NCBI GenBank assembly: GCA_965368245.1
Contig: CBDUMD010000006.1
Span: forward strand, 10,217 to 74,216
Length of the DNA stretch: 64,000 nt
Source: an uncultured Thermoproteales archaeon
GTDB lineage: Archaea; Thermoproteota; Thermoprotei; Thermofilales; B20-G17
Direction of reading: 5' to 3'
In this document: piece by piece, positions 17,616-25,825 of the stretch
Layout of the letters: each line of letters begins with the position of its first letter
Position numbering within the stretch: the first letter of the stretch is position 1
Program-made: the position numbers and the translations under genes
Notes under the pieces: generated by a model
What the model saw: the letters and a program-made list of their open reading frames with translations, nothing else
Databases searched by the model: none
Told to the model about the DNA's origin: nothing

Positions 17616-19535
17616 CTAGTAGGGTAGGACCCATAATGCTTTGGGTACGAACTGCAGTGCCACGAAAACTACGGCCCATATGGAGAATCCCATCATTACA
17701 CCGCTGTAGAATAGGTAGGCTGCGTTGGTCAACTCCTCTCCTTTGGCTCCATAGATTCTTGGAAGAATAATGTAACGTATAATGGATCCTATGGCCTGTG
17801 GGATGAGCCCAGCATATGCAATATTGTTGACGGTCATGCCAGCTAATATCGATGGGGCTAGCCACGGGATCTTAAGGAAGAAGCCTCCGAGGAAGAGCGC
17901 CGCCCCCGCTATGAATCCAGCCACCACCAAGTTCCACTTAAATATATTGTAGGAGGAGTAGATTTTAATCCATGTAGCTCGGTTTATAACCTCGTTTTCC
18001 CATGCTGTTAAGCCAGGGTATAGCGCCGAGGGTATGGGGGCAAATGACCAGTAAATACTGTACATTACTATGCCTACAACAATCGCTGCCATTGTTGCAA
18101 TAACATAGAGTGTAATGTAGTCTCTAAACTTTACTCCAAGTTGATAGCATTGCAGAAAGGTTCCCGTCCAGCCCGAAGCATTGCTTACAGGAATGAGGTC
18201 GGTGAACATTAAGGGTGAAGCAAACCATATTGAGATTGGAGCGTTTCCGCCAGCCCCCAAAACCAGCACAGCTTCCTTTAGATAAGGTATGTTTACAGGT
18301 GTGTAGCCGGTTATACCTAGGAGCCCTGTCCATACATATGATAGGATAAAGGACATTATTAACGTGAGGAAGATTAGTGGTGGTAGAGGGTATCCGGTTA
18401 ACAGGCTTATGACAATTGCTGAAAGTATTGCACAGCTGGCAAAAAGGGTGAAGAGAGACCATCCACTAGTAATCTTGGATTCACCTTTGAGCTTAAATGC
18501 TCTTGCAAGGGCCTTAGGGGATAAGAGTACAGGTAGAATTCCCAGGGCCATAGCAAACCCGAATATAACACTAACCCAAAAGTTCAATGTACTGTAGTAT
18601 ATTGCATCGGCTGTCTGCATTCCACGGGTCCATCCCCTTAATATCAAGCCTGGAGAGGGGGGAACATGCCTCCAAATGCCTTTAATCACCAGTATGTGGT
18701 TTCCGAAAAAGTAGAGGGAGAGGGCTCCTATAGCCATGGTCACCGTAACATACCAGGGTATTATTAGCCCCTGGAAGAAGCCCAGAGGATAAATGGCTAA
18801 CGAAGCCCCGGGGAACATGTTTTCTATCACGTAGTTTAAATCATACATCGACACGGAGAGAAGCCCGAGGCTATTAAATATACCCAATATAAGTCCAGTT
18901 AAAAGGGAGAATATGAATATCCTATACTGTTTTTTAAATGCAGGGTCGGCTGCTTCACCTAGGGTCGTTAAGGCCGCTACGAACGCCGATTGAACAGGGA
19001 ATTCAAGCTTCTCCTCTATGACTCTTACCCTGAAGAACAGGTATCCTAGAGACATCTCCATTATCATCGAGACTATGACCACAAAGAGTATTACGGAAAG
19101 TACTGGCATCCAGGCTGGGTGAATCAATGTCCTTACACCGTTATCCACCAGCATTATAGCGCTGGAAGGGGCCCACCATTCGGGCGGTTTAATGCCGAAG
19201 GATATCCGCGAGGGACTTTTAACAAAATAGTATACCCATGGTATTGACTGGAAGAGAACAGCTAACCCCAATACCCTGTCGACTATGGTTATTGCGAACA
19301 ACTCCTGTTTAGATAAAGGTCTTTCAGAGTACCTAGATACCTCCGCCAATATTATGATGATAATAGTGGAGGAGACCACGCCGTAGAATGCCTGGGCACC
19401 CCATTGTACGAAGCCAAACGCTAGACCGAAAGTAAGGTTACCCCATATGAGCATGGGCTCCAGTACGAAGAGGGCTAGGAAAAGGGATAGGAGAACCCTC
19501 CAGGTGAATATGGTAGCACGAGCCTCACTTCCCAT
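17616..19535 (-). CDS. Polytopic membrane protein (~16 TM), putative permease with weak OPT-superfamily resemblance
   Basis: The 639-aa ORF is almost entirely hydrophobic helices. The motif EEKLEFPVQSAFVAAL resembles the OPT L-x-FP-x-G/A motif. It is a paralog of 25826-27895 (compare IERIPFPEATLYSTLI, and C-termini RYIILPRIYG / KYIVLRFYG). GGTGAT lies upstream of the ATG. Confidence 0.6.
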   Translation of the reverse strand: MGSEARATIFTWRVLLSLFLALFVLEPMLIWGNLTFGLAFGFVQWGAQAFYGVVSSTIIIIILAEVSRYSERPLSKQELFAITIVDRVLGLAVLFQSIPWVYYFVKSPSRISFGIKPPEWWAPSSAIMLVDNGVRTLIHPAWMPVLSVILFVVIVSMIMEMSLGYLFFRVRVIEEKLEFPVQSAFVAALTTLGEAADPAFKKQYRIFIFSLLTGLILGIFNSLGLLSVSMYDLNYVIENMFPGASLAIYPLGFFQGLIIPWYVTVTMAIGALSLYFFGNHILVIKGIWRHVPPSPGLILRGWTRGMQTADAIYYSTLNFWVSVIFGFAMALGILPVLLSPKALARAFKLKGESKITSGWSLFTLFASCAILSAIVISLLTGYPLPPLIFLTLIMSFILSYVWTGLLGITGYTPVNIPYLKEAVLVLGAGGNAPISIWFASPLMFTDLIPVSNASGWTGTFLQCYQLGVKFRDYITLYVIATMAAIVVGIVMYSIYWSFAPIPSALYPGLTAWENEVINRATWIKIYSSYNIFKWNLVVAGFIAGAALFLGGFFLKIPWLAPSILAGMTVNNIAYAGLIPQAIGSIIRYIILPRIYGAKGEELTNAAYLFYSGVMMGFSIWAVVFVALQFVPKALWVLPY

Positions 19536-19546
19536 ATCACATCACC

Positions 19547-22500
19547 CTACCTACCCAACATTTTTTCAGCTTTCTTAATATAACGTGACCTATCATCCTC
19601 CCTTAAACTACGCCACATTAATATCTGGAACCTGACATCCTCTATAAGGGACCTGTTTGAGATAATCCAGCCAGCTAAGGGTCCGGTTAACCTCTTTAAA
19701 TAAAGTTCAAAATTGTACCCGGCGCCCTCCAAACTCATACCTCTCAACGCGAATATTTGCGTTATTCCCTGATCCCAGGGTGCCAGTTGGGTGCGGCCTT
19801 TAAGTTCAAGTAATTTATTTTGTTTATCCCATTTAAAGTCCAGTTCTAATATCTGGTAGCTTCCAACCCTCTCTGCTTTTCTATACTCGAGGTATTCGCG
19901 TATAAACTCCATGAAGGCCAGCGCCTCAAGGGTTGAGGCCAGTCTCAGGGGTAAGGGTATCATCCATTCATCGCCTTTAGGTTTTGTTGGCGGCTTCCAT
20001 CTTCTTTCGAGAGACGGAGTTACCAACTTTGAAGCCTTATAGGCTGGATATAGGGCTATGGAAATTATGCTAAAGAACATTATGCCTAACGTCGTCAAGG
20101 TGCCTGAAGAAGTATAGTTTGTGTATAGTCCGGCGGTCGGTATGTTTAAGAGGGCGAGGGAGGCGGAGAAAAGCAAGCTGACGACGTATCCTATTATCCC
20201 GCCCAGGAGGCCGTAGACTATCATTTCGACGAGATATAGGGTGGCTATGTGTGAGGGGGAGAGGCCTATTGAACTGAGTATTCCTATCTCTCTTACTCGT
20301 TCAACGATGGAACCTATTATAGTTGAGAGCAATACTAGAACCGCCAGTAATAATACGATAAAAGCTTCTCCTGTGCCCAGCATACGCAGGCTGGGGTTTA
20401 TGCTTAAAGTATACATTGCTCCGTCTTCCGATACCCACACGGTACCTTGCGTTATCAAGGCTATTTTCTCCGCAAGCTTCCTAATGCTTCCTTTAACCGG
20501 TTTAAATGCTATGCTTCGGACCCCAGGCAATGTGTAGGCTATTTCATAGGATTGAGAAGACGTTGCGGGTGAAAGAAGATCCTCAGCCAGCTTGAATGGA
20601 ACTATTATAACAAAGTCTGCTTGAAGTGGATCTTTGTAGGGGCTCTTAAGGTTTACTGGCGTCAGCTTCCATCGATCTATATCGTGCATTGTATCGATTA
20701 CAGTGCTATCAAAAATCCCTTTTACAACGAGTTTTACGCCAAAGAGATCAAGGGTGTCGCCTACCTTCAGTCCAAGAGCATTAGCTATATCGTCGCTTAT
20801 TATACATGTCCTGTAGTCCCATGGGTCGAACCACTCCCCAGATATTATTGCATCATCTATTTTCGTAAACAAGTTTTCCTCGGGACTTACAGCTAATATT
20901 CCACGCAAAAGCGCACTAGTGGTTTTGCCTGGAGCAGTCAAGTATATTTCCCCTCCAGGAGGATAAAGCCATGCCCGTACGGATATTATAGCTTCATCCG
21001 AGAACGCCTGTTTCAGGAACTTTACTTGCTCAAGAGGTATTACACCGAAATCCAGGGTTCTGTAGAGGACCCCTTCATATGGTATGTTCTCCAGAGGCGG
21101 CTGCCGGATTATGGCTGGTGCTATGGTGATGCTAACAGATGAGAAGGTTAGCATGGAGAAACCAACTACTACCACTGATATCAACGTCAGAGCCGTCCTC
21201 AGCGGTCTTCGGTTCATATGTCCTAGGCTGATGTTCACCGCAGCACCTATGGCGCTTGTCCTTTCGAATTCCACGAAGTGTAAGCCTATCCTCTCCTTTC
21301 TTACCTCCTTAAGTTGACCGTATCCTCTAGAGAATATTATTATGGTGGTTACCAGTCCTAGGATCATAGCGATATAGCCTGCTAGAACCATGAAAGTGTT
21401 GGTGGCCAGCATCGTTGTCGGATGTAATGCAACGAAAATCCCGTCAAACATGGCATTTACAGCTAGGAATAAAATAATCTTCCCCTTGAATGTGGCTTTC
21501 TCCCGTACTATGAGGTTTACTAAGAGCCAGGAGAAAGGTATTACAAGTATAAAATATATAACCGCCATTTGCAAGACGTCTGTAAGGAAGGTTCTAGTAG
21601 CGTAGTAGGCATTGACTTCGAATTGACGTGCAATAATCATGTGTGTAATAGCTTTATCGTACCCGTAGTTTCTTATGTAGCTCCAGGCTTGCTTCAATTC
21701 CTTTTCAGCCATATTATGGTATAGGAGGGCCAGGGCTTGGGTAGAAATGTTAGCCCATTTCACAGGGGCAAGCCTGAACTCATCTAGATACCATGTTTCC
21801 TGTGCTAAACGTAGTGGAGCATACGATATCCACATGTTTTCTCCAGGCTTTAGCACAAATCCTGAGCCCTCAGGGGCTGGCTCCTTTATCCCTGCTATTA
21901 AGCCTGAGGGTTGTAACGGTACAACGGTGACCATCCAACCGAAGCTTCCAGCCGTAATGGCGTAGACGGAAGACCTATAGGCAAGGATTTCCAGCGGAAT
22001 ATTAGGAGGAACATATATGACCTCGTCGTAGCTGTCAAATGTTCTTCCATAGTAGTATGGCTGTGGAATATAGTGTGTACGTGCATCTAGCGCCCAATGG
22101 GATAATATTGCTACAAGAGTTGTGCTGAACCCTGAACCAAATATGGTTATGCGGCTTACGTTAAAGCTCATTGATTGCGTAAAATCTGTATGAACTGAGT
22201 GTATTAATAGACTTCCCATACCCATGGAACCGGGACCAGAATATGGGCTTAAACCTATGATACGACCGTTTTCATCGAGGTAGAAACCAGTGAATAATAC
22301 TCTATCATTGTAACGGAAACCTATAAAGTTTGCCTCCCCGTTCTCGTTGGTTTTAGCTATCATTATAAAGGGGAAGGTGGCTCTCGGGGAAACCATCGTT
22401 GTACCTATCGGTGCTGCAACCACTAATGCCCCTTCAACCGGCGAGTATTGTGCCGTCTTCACATCATACCGCCATATTCTTATAGTTAGACTACAGAATC

Positions 22501-24010
22501 CTAGGTCGGGTAGATTTATCCTCCTGTAAATTGGCGTTGCCAAAGGGTTCCAGAAAGGAGCCGAGAGAATCTTCGAGAGCACTGCCTCCAGAACCTCCAG
22601 TTGAGGTAGAAGGTTAAAGTAGTTTAGTTTATCGTATGTATCGAAAGGTGTTGTTAAATAGGGGTACAATGATCTAGCTGTTCTAAAGGTTATTCCGAGC
22701 CCCCCAGCAACGGTCCACGGCTCTACATCTAACATGGCTGGGTAAAGATCTCCCACCTCTGAAAGCAGGTTTAATAGGGTTTGGTATAGTTCCTCTCCAG
22801 GTGGAGCCGTCACAAGCACATTGTAGAAGTTATAGCTTTTTCCGGTAAGTTCCTTAAGCTCCTTTACTGCATCGTTTGCCATCTGCCTGATCCAACTATA
22901 TCTAATGAGCATCCCTGTCTGGGTGTCAACAGTCCAGTATCCGTAGCCAAAGTTTCTAAGGGAAACGGAATCGCTGGCCGTAGATATATCTAGGCTTATC
23001 ATTAACTTTACTTTTCGCATGAAACCTTTGTTTTCTTCCAGCTCTCTGAAACGTGCTTCAGTGAAGTATCGTGGTCCGGCCAGATACTGCCAGTGTCCTC
23101 CAAAGGCTACTAAAACTATGGTTCTTGGTGGAGGATTCTCCCTTAGAACTCTAGCTAATTCGAGCAATAGGGCTATGCTAATACTATCGCTGGCCCCGGG
23201 GGAAACTGCAGGCACCACCGAGAAGGTATCGTAATGGGCGGCAATTATCACGTATTCCTCCTTCAGTCTCGGATCTGTACCCGGTATTATAGTCCAGATA
23301 TTGTAGCCTTCCTTTTCCTCCCAAGACATTTTGGAGTTAACGGTGGCCTTCACCCCTCTTTTACTGGCTTCCTTAAGAATCTCCCCTACAGTGTGGTTCA
23401 CGTAGAGCCTTGGGAAGCCCGTGGGAATACTGATTATCTTGTATTCACCGAATGTTCTGGGAACAGCTTTCTCGATTACGGGTGTTTCTATGAAAATAAC
23501 AGCTTTTGCTCCTAACATGGGAAGTAGACGCCAATCCCACAGCGAATCGTAATCCACTAGAACAATGCTTCCATTAATTTCCTGGCCTTCAAGCTCCTCT
23601 AATGTTGCTTTACCGACATAAACTAGTCGACCGGAAACATTTAGAGCGTTGGCTGGATCTATACCCGTAGGGTAAAACATATGTGCCTTAAATACTGTTC
23701 CATCCTCTAATCTAATGTAAGCATACTGTTCGATCGGAACTACCACAGTAAACTCTTCTCTTGTAACGTTAAGCCCTAAACTATAAAGATAGTTGTAAAT
23801 GTAGTCTGCTGCCGTATAAAAGCCTTCGTAGCCGGTGAACCTTGATTGAAGACCAGTAAAGAATTTTAGATGTTTATCTATGTTTTCCAGGCTTAACGGA
23901 ATTATCCTCCATTCGCCGCTGGGTTGAGAATATATGCTCAATGGCTGTATAAACCCTATTAAAACAAGCATTATAAGGATTAACACCATTAAGTTTGATC
24001 TGTTTTTCAT
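19547..24010 (-). CDS. Giant fusion: M28-peptidase-like/PA ectodomain, multi-TM block, FtsX/MacB-type module and ~158-aa cytoplasmic tail
   Basis: It has a signal peptide and a PA-like insert (GSIVLVDYDSLWDWRLLPMLGAKAVIFIE). The M28 pattern is IIAAHYDT...PGASDSISIALLLELARVL...VLVAFGGHWQYLAGPRYF. MacB TM1 is LGHMNRRPLRTALTLISVVVVGF. The FtsX core is IVERVREIGILSSIGLSPSHIATLYLVEMIVYGLLGGIIGY. The ATG at 24010 lies 1 nt after the upstream stop. The track start at 24019 is a GTG. Confidence 0.8.
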   Translation of the reverse strand: MKNRSNLMVLILIMLVLIGFIQPLSIYSQPSGEWRIIPLSLENIDKHLKFFTGLQSRFTGYEGFYTAADYIYNYLYSLGLNVTREEFTVVVPIEQYAYIRLEDGTVFKAHMFYPTGIDPANALNVSGRLVYVGKATLEELEGQEINGSIVLVDYDSLWDWRLLPMLGAKAVIFIETPVIEKAVPRTFGEYKIISIPTGFPRLYVNHTVGEILKEASKRGVKATVNSKMSWEEKEGYNIWTIIPGTDPRLKEEYVIIAAHYDTFSVVPAVSPGASDSISIALLLELARVLRENPPPRTIVLVAFGGHWQYLAGPRYFTEARFRELEENKGFMRKVKLMISLDISTASDSVSLRNFGYGYWTVDTQTGMLIRYSWIRQMANDAVKELKELTGKSYNFYNVLVTAPPGEELYQTLLNLLSEVGDLYPAMLDVEPWTVAGGLGITFRTARSLYPYLTTPFDTYDKLNYFNLLPQLEVLEAVLSKILSAPFWNPLATPIYRRINLPDLGFCSLTIRIWRYDVKTAQYSPVEGALVVAAPIGTTMVSPRATFPFIMIAKTNENGEANFIGFRYNDRVLFTGFYLDENGRIIGLSPYSGPGSMGMGSLLIHSVHTDFTQSMSFNVSRITIFGSGFSTTLVAILSHWALDARTHYIPQPYYYGRTFDSYDEVIYVPPNIPLEILAYRSSVYAITAGSFGWMVTVVPLQPSGLIAGIKEPAPEGSGFVLKPGENMWISYAPLRLAQETWYLDEFRLAPVKWANISTQALALLYHNMAEKELKQAWSYIRNYGYDKAITHMIIARQFEVNAYYATRTFLTDVLQMAVIYFILVIPFSWLLVNLIVREKATFKGKIILFLAVNAMFDGIFVALHPTTMLATNTFMVLAGYIAMILGLVTTIIIFSRGYGQLKEVRKERIGLHFVEFERTSAIGAAVNISLGHMNRRPLRTALTLISVVVVGFSMLTFSSVSITIAPAIIRQPPLENIPYEGVLYRTLDFGVIPLEQVKFLKQAFSDEAIISVRAWLYPPGGEIYLTAPGKTTSALLRGILAVSPEENLFTKIDDAIISGEWFDPWDYRTCIISDDIANALGLKVGDTLDLFGVKLVVKGIFDSTVIDTMHDIDRWKLTPVNLKSPYKDPLQADFVIIVPFKLAEDLLSPATSSQSYEIAYTLPGVRSIAFKPVKGSIRKLAEKIALITQGTVWVSEDGAMYTLSINPSLRMLGTGEAFIVLLLAVLVLLSTIIGSIVERVREIGILSSIGLSPSHIATLYLVEMIVYGLLGGIIGYVVSLLFSASLALLNIPTAGLYTNYTSSGTLTTLGIMFFSIISIALYPAYKASKLVTPSLERRWKPPTKPKGDEWMIPLPLRLASTLEALAFMEFIREYLEYRKAERVGSYQILELDFKWDKQNKLLELKGRTQLAPWDQGITQIFALRGMSLEGAGYNFELYLKRLTGPLAGWIISNRSLIEDVRFQILMWRSLREDDRSRYIKKAEKMLGR

Positions 24011-24011
24011 T

Positions 24012-25655
24012 TTAACCACCTGAAACAGAAATCTTCAAGCCTTCTCCTCCAAAAACACTCCTCATATACCTTAAGACCGTTACAGCATCTTCATTTAATA
24101 TCAATCTTACCGCAAAAAGATAACTATACGTACCTTCATCTAAAAGAACAAAACCTCTCGGAACAACCTTCCTTTCAGAAGCATAAGGTTCTGCATTAGG
24201 ATCCTGACCATCGTAACATAGCATACGTTCATGTATGCCTGCTATAAAGACTAAGTCTGCGGCTGGATCGTTGGAAGGCACCTCTCCAAGCCAATCGTAC
24301 CACGGGAACTTGTGTAAAGTTATATGCCAGTAGCCGAGAGGATTAGCAGGATCGTTCCCCAACAGCATTATACCCACCCCTTCATCATAGTCTCTAAGGG
24401 CTGCAACAGGGTGCTTTATCCAAAGGTCGTTTCCAGGGTATGGTGGAGAATAAAGGTCCCCTGTATCTGTTAAAAAGAACAATGCACGCCAAACAGAAAG
24501 CTGGGGGATAGCCATGTTGCCCATACCCGATGGATTATAGTATCTGTAGTCGGCTTCACCCGGAGCGGGTTTACCAGCGTTAGGTCCAACTGTAAATTCA
24601 TGCGTAACGTACACGACTGCACGGTAAAGCATGTAAGGGCGATTCACCGGCACAGCAAAGAACTCGTACGTATAACCCTCGGTTTTAAGGTTCCATCTTC
24701 TAGCGTAGACGGCGAAAAGCGGGCCAACCGAGTCTATCCACATTTTTGTTTTCATCAAATACGCGTACATTTTTCCGTTGCCGTCATCGAAGTAGGCGTC
24801 GATCATCCCATGAAAGAAGCTGAGACCAGACCTTGTGGAGTTGGCGGGTCTATACATTTTTGCGAAATTGACTTCTTCACTCCCAAAGTAGTCTATGTTG
24901 CCGTGGTAATATTCTGTCTCGTTGAAACGTACTTTAATAACCCCGTTGTAGATCACAGTATACCCCTCAAACCTTTCAATCTTCAAGCTAGGTGTAGAAG
25001 AATTAGAGTAGGAGGATTCTTCTCCAAAAACAATAGTGAAGCTTTTTAATCCACCAGGAGGGACCTCTAAGGGGAAGCTTATTACTGCTGTTTTTACGTA
25101 TCCCGACTGGTATGTTACTATGCCCCACATCTGGTTTAATACTTCAACACCGTTTTCATCCAAAACCCTAACCTCGCCAGGCTTAACCTCACCATCAGCA
25201 AAAAACAGTTCGAAGCTAGCGATCTCATCCAACGGCTTGTTTTCATAGTTCTCGAAAACTACGTTTATTTTAGTTAGCGTAGGGGATTTTTTCTTTACCT
25301 CGACCCTACCCTGACTGGTGTCTATCGAAATCGTATATTCACCGCCATTCCATGGGTAATAAATTTCAATGTATTTTGTTTCGCCAGGATATATGATGAT
25401 CCATCTTGAAGACCACGATGAAAAGCTTACACCGTTAACTGAAACAGCGTTTATGGTAACATTATCGTTACCTTTATTCTTCAAGTAAACCCTTATGGTC
25501 CTCAGGATCTTCCATCCATCGTTCTTAACCAAAAATTCTACCCTTTCAATGGATACATTTACCTGTGAAAACGGGTTATAAATAAATACAAAACCAAGCA
25601 CAAGTAATAAAATTACTGCAGAAACCATCAATACTGTTTTTGAGGGAAATTTCAC
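24012..25655 (-). CDS. N-terminally anchored extracellular beta-sandwich protein (no family recognised), paralog of 32868-34490
   Basis: There is a TM/signal anchor (TVLMVSAVILLLVLGFVFIY), then a CARDB-like segment (LKNKGNDNVTINAVSVNG). Long blocks are collinear with the 540-aa paralog (NQMWGIVTYQSGYVKTAVISFPLEVPPGGLKSF vs SQMWGIVTYESGYVKTAIISFHVSIPPGGEKTF). The start is GTG, preceded by AGGGGGTGTG. Confidence 0.6.
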   Translation of the reverse strand: MKFPSKTVLMVSAVILLLVLGFVFIYNPFSQVNVSIERVEFLVKNDGWKILRTIRVYLKNKGNDNVTINAVSVNGVSFSSWSSRWIIIYPGETKYIEIYYPWNGGEYTISIDTSQGRVEVKKKSPTLTKINVVFENYENKPLDEIASFELFFADGEVKPGEVRVLDENGVEVLNQMWGIVTYQSGYVKTAVISFPLEVPPGGLKSFTIVFGEESSYSNSSTPSLKIERFEGYTVIYNGVIKVRFNETEYYHGNIDYFGSEEVNFAKMYRPANSTRSGLSFFHGMIDAYFDDGNGKMYAYLMKTKMWIDSVGPLFAVYARRWNLKTEGYTYEFFAVPVNRPYMLYRAVVYVTHEFTVGPNAGKPAPGEADYRYYNPSGMGNMAIPQLSVWRALFFLTDTGDLYSPPYPGNDLWIKHPVAALRDYDEGVGIMLLGNDPANPLGYWHITLHKFPWYDWLGEVPSNDPAADLVFIAGIHERMLCYDGQDPNAEPYASERKVVPRGFVLLDEGTYSYLFAVRLILNEDAVTVLRYMRSVFGGEGLKISVSGG

Positions 25656-25825
25656 GAATCACACCCCCTGGGCGGGAGCCTAGCTCGGGCATTCATTCTA
25701 AGGAAACCCTCAAACTACAATATAAAGTTTTCCGAAAAAGCCTCTTGAAAAGGGGTGTACGTTAATATATGGTCACAGGTAAATTGTGTATAGAATCTAG
25801 ACAAAACAAAAAATATACTTAGTTT

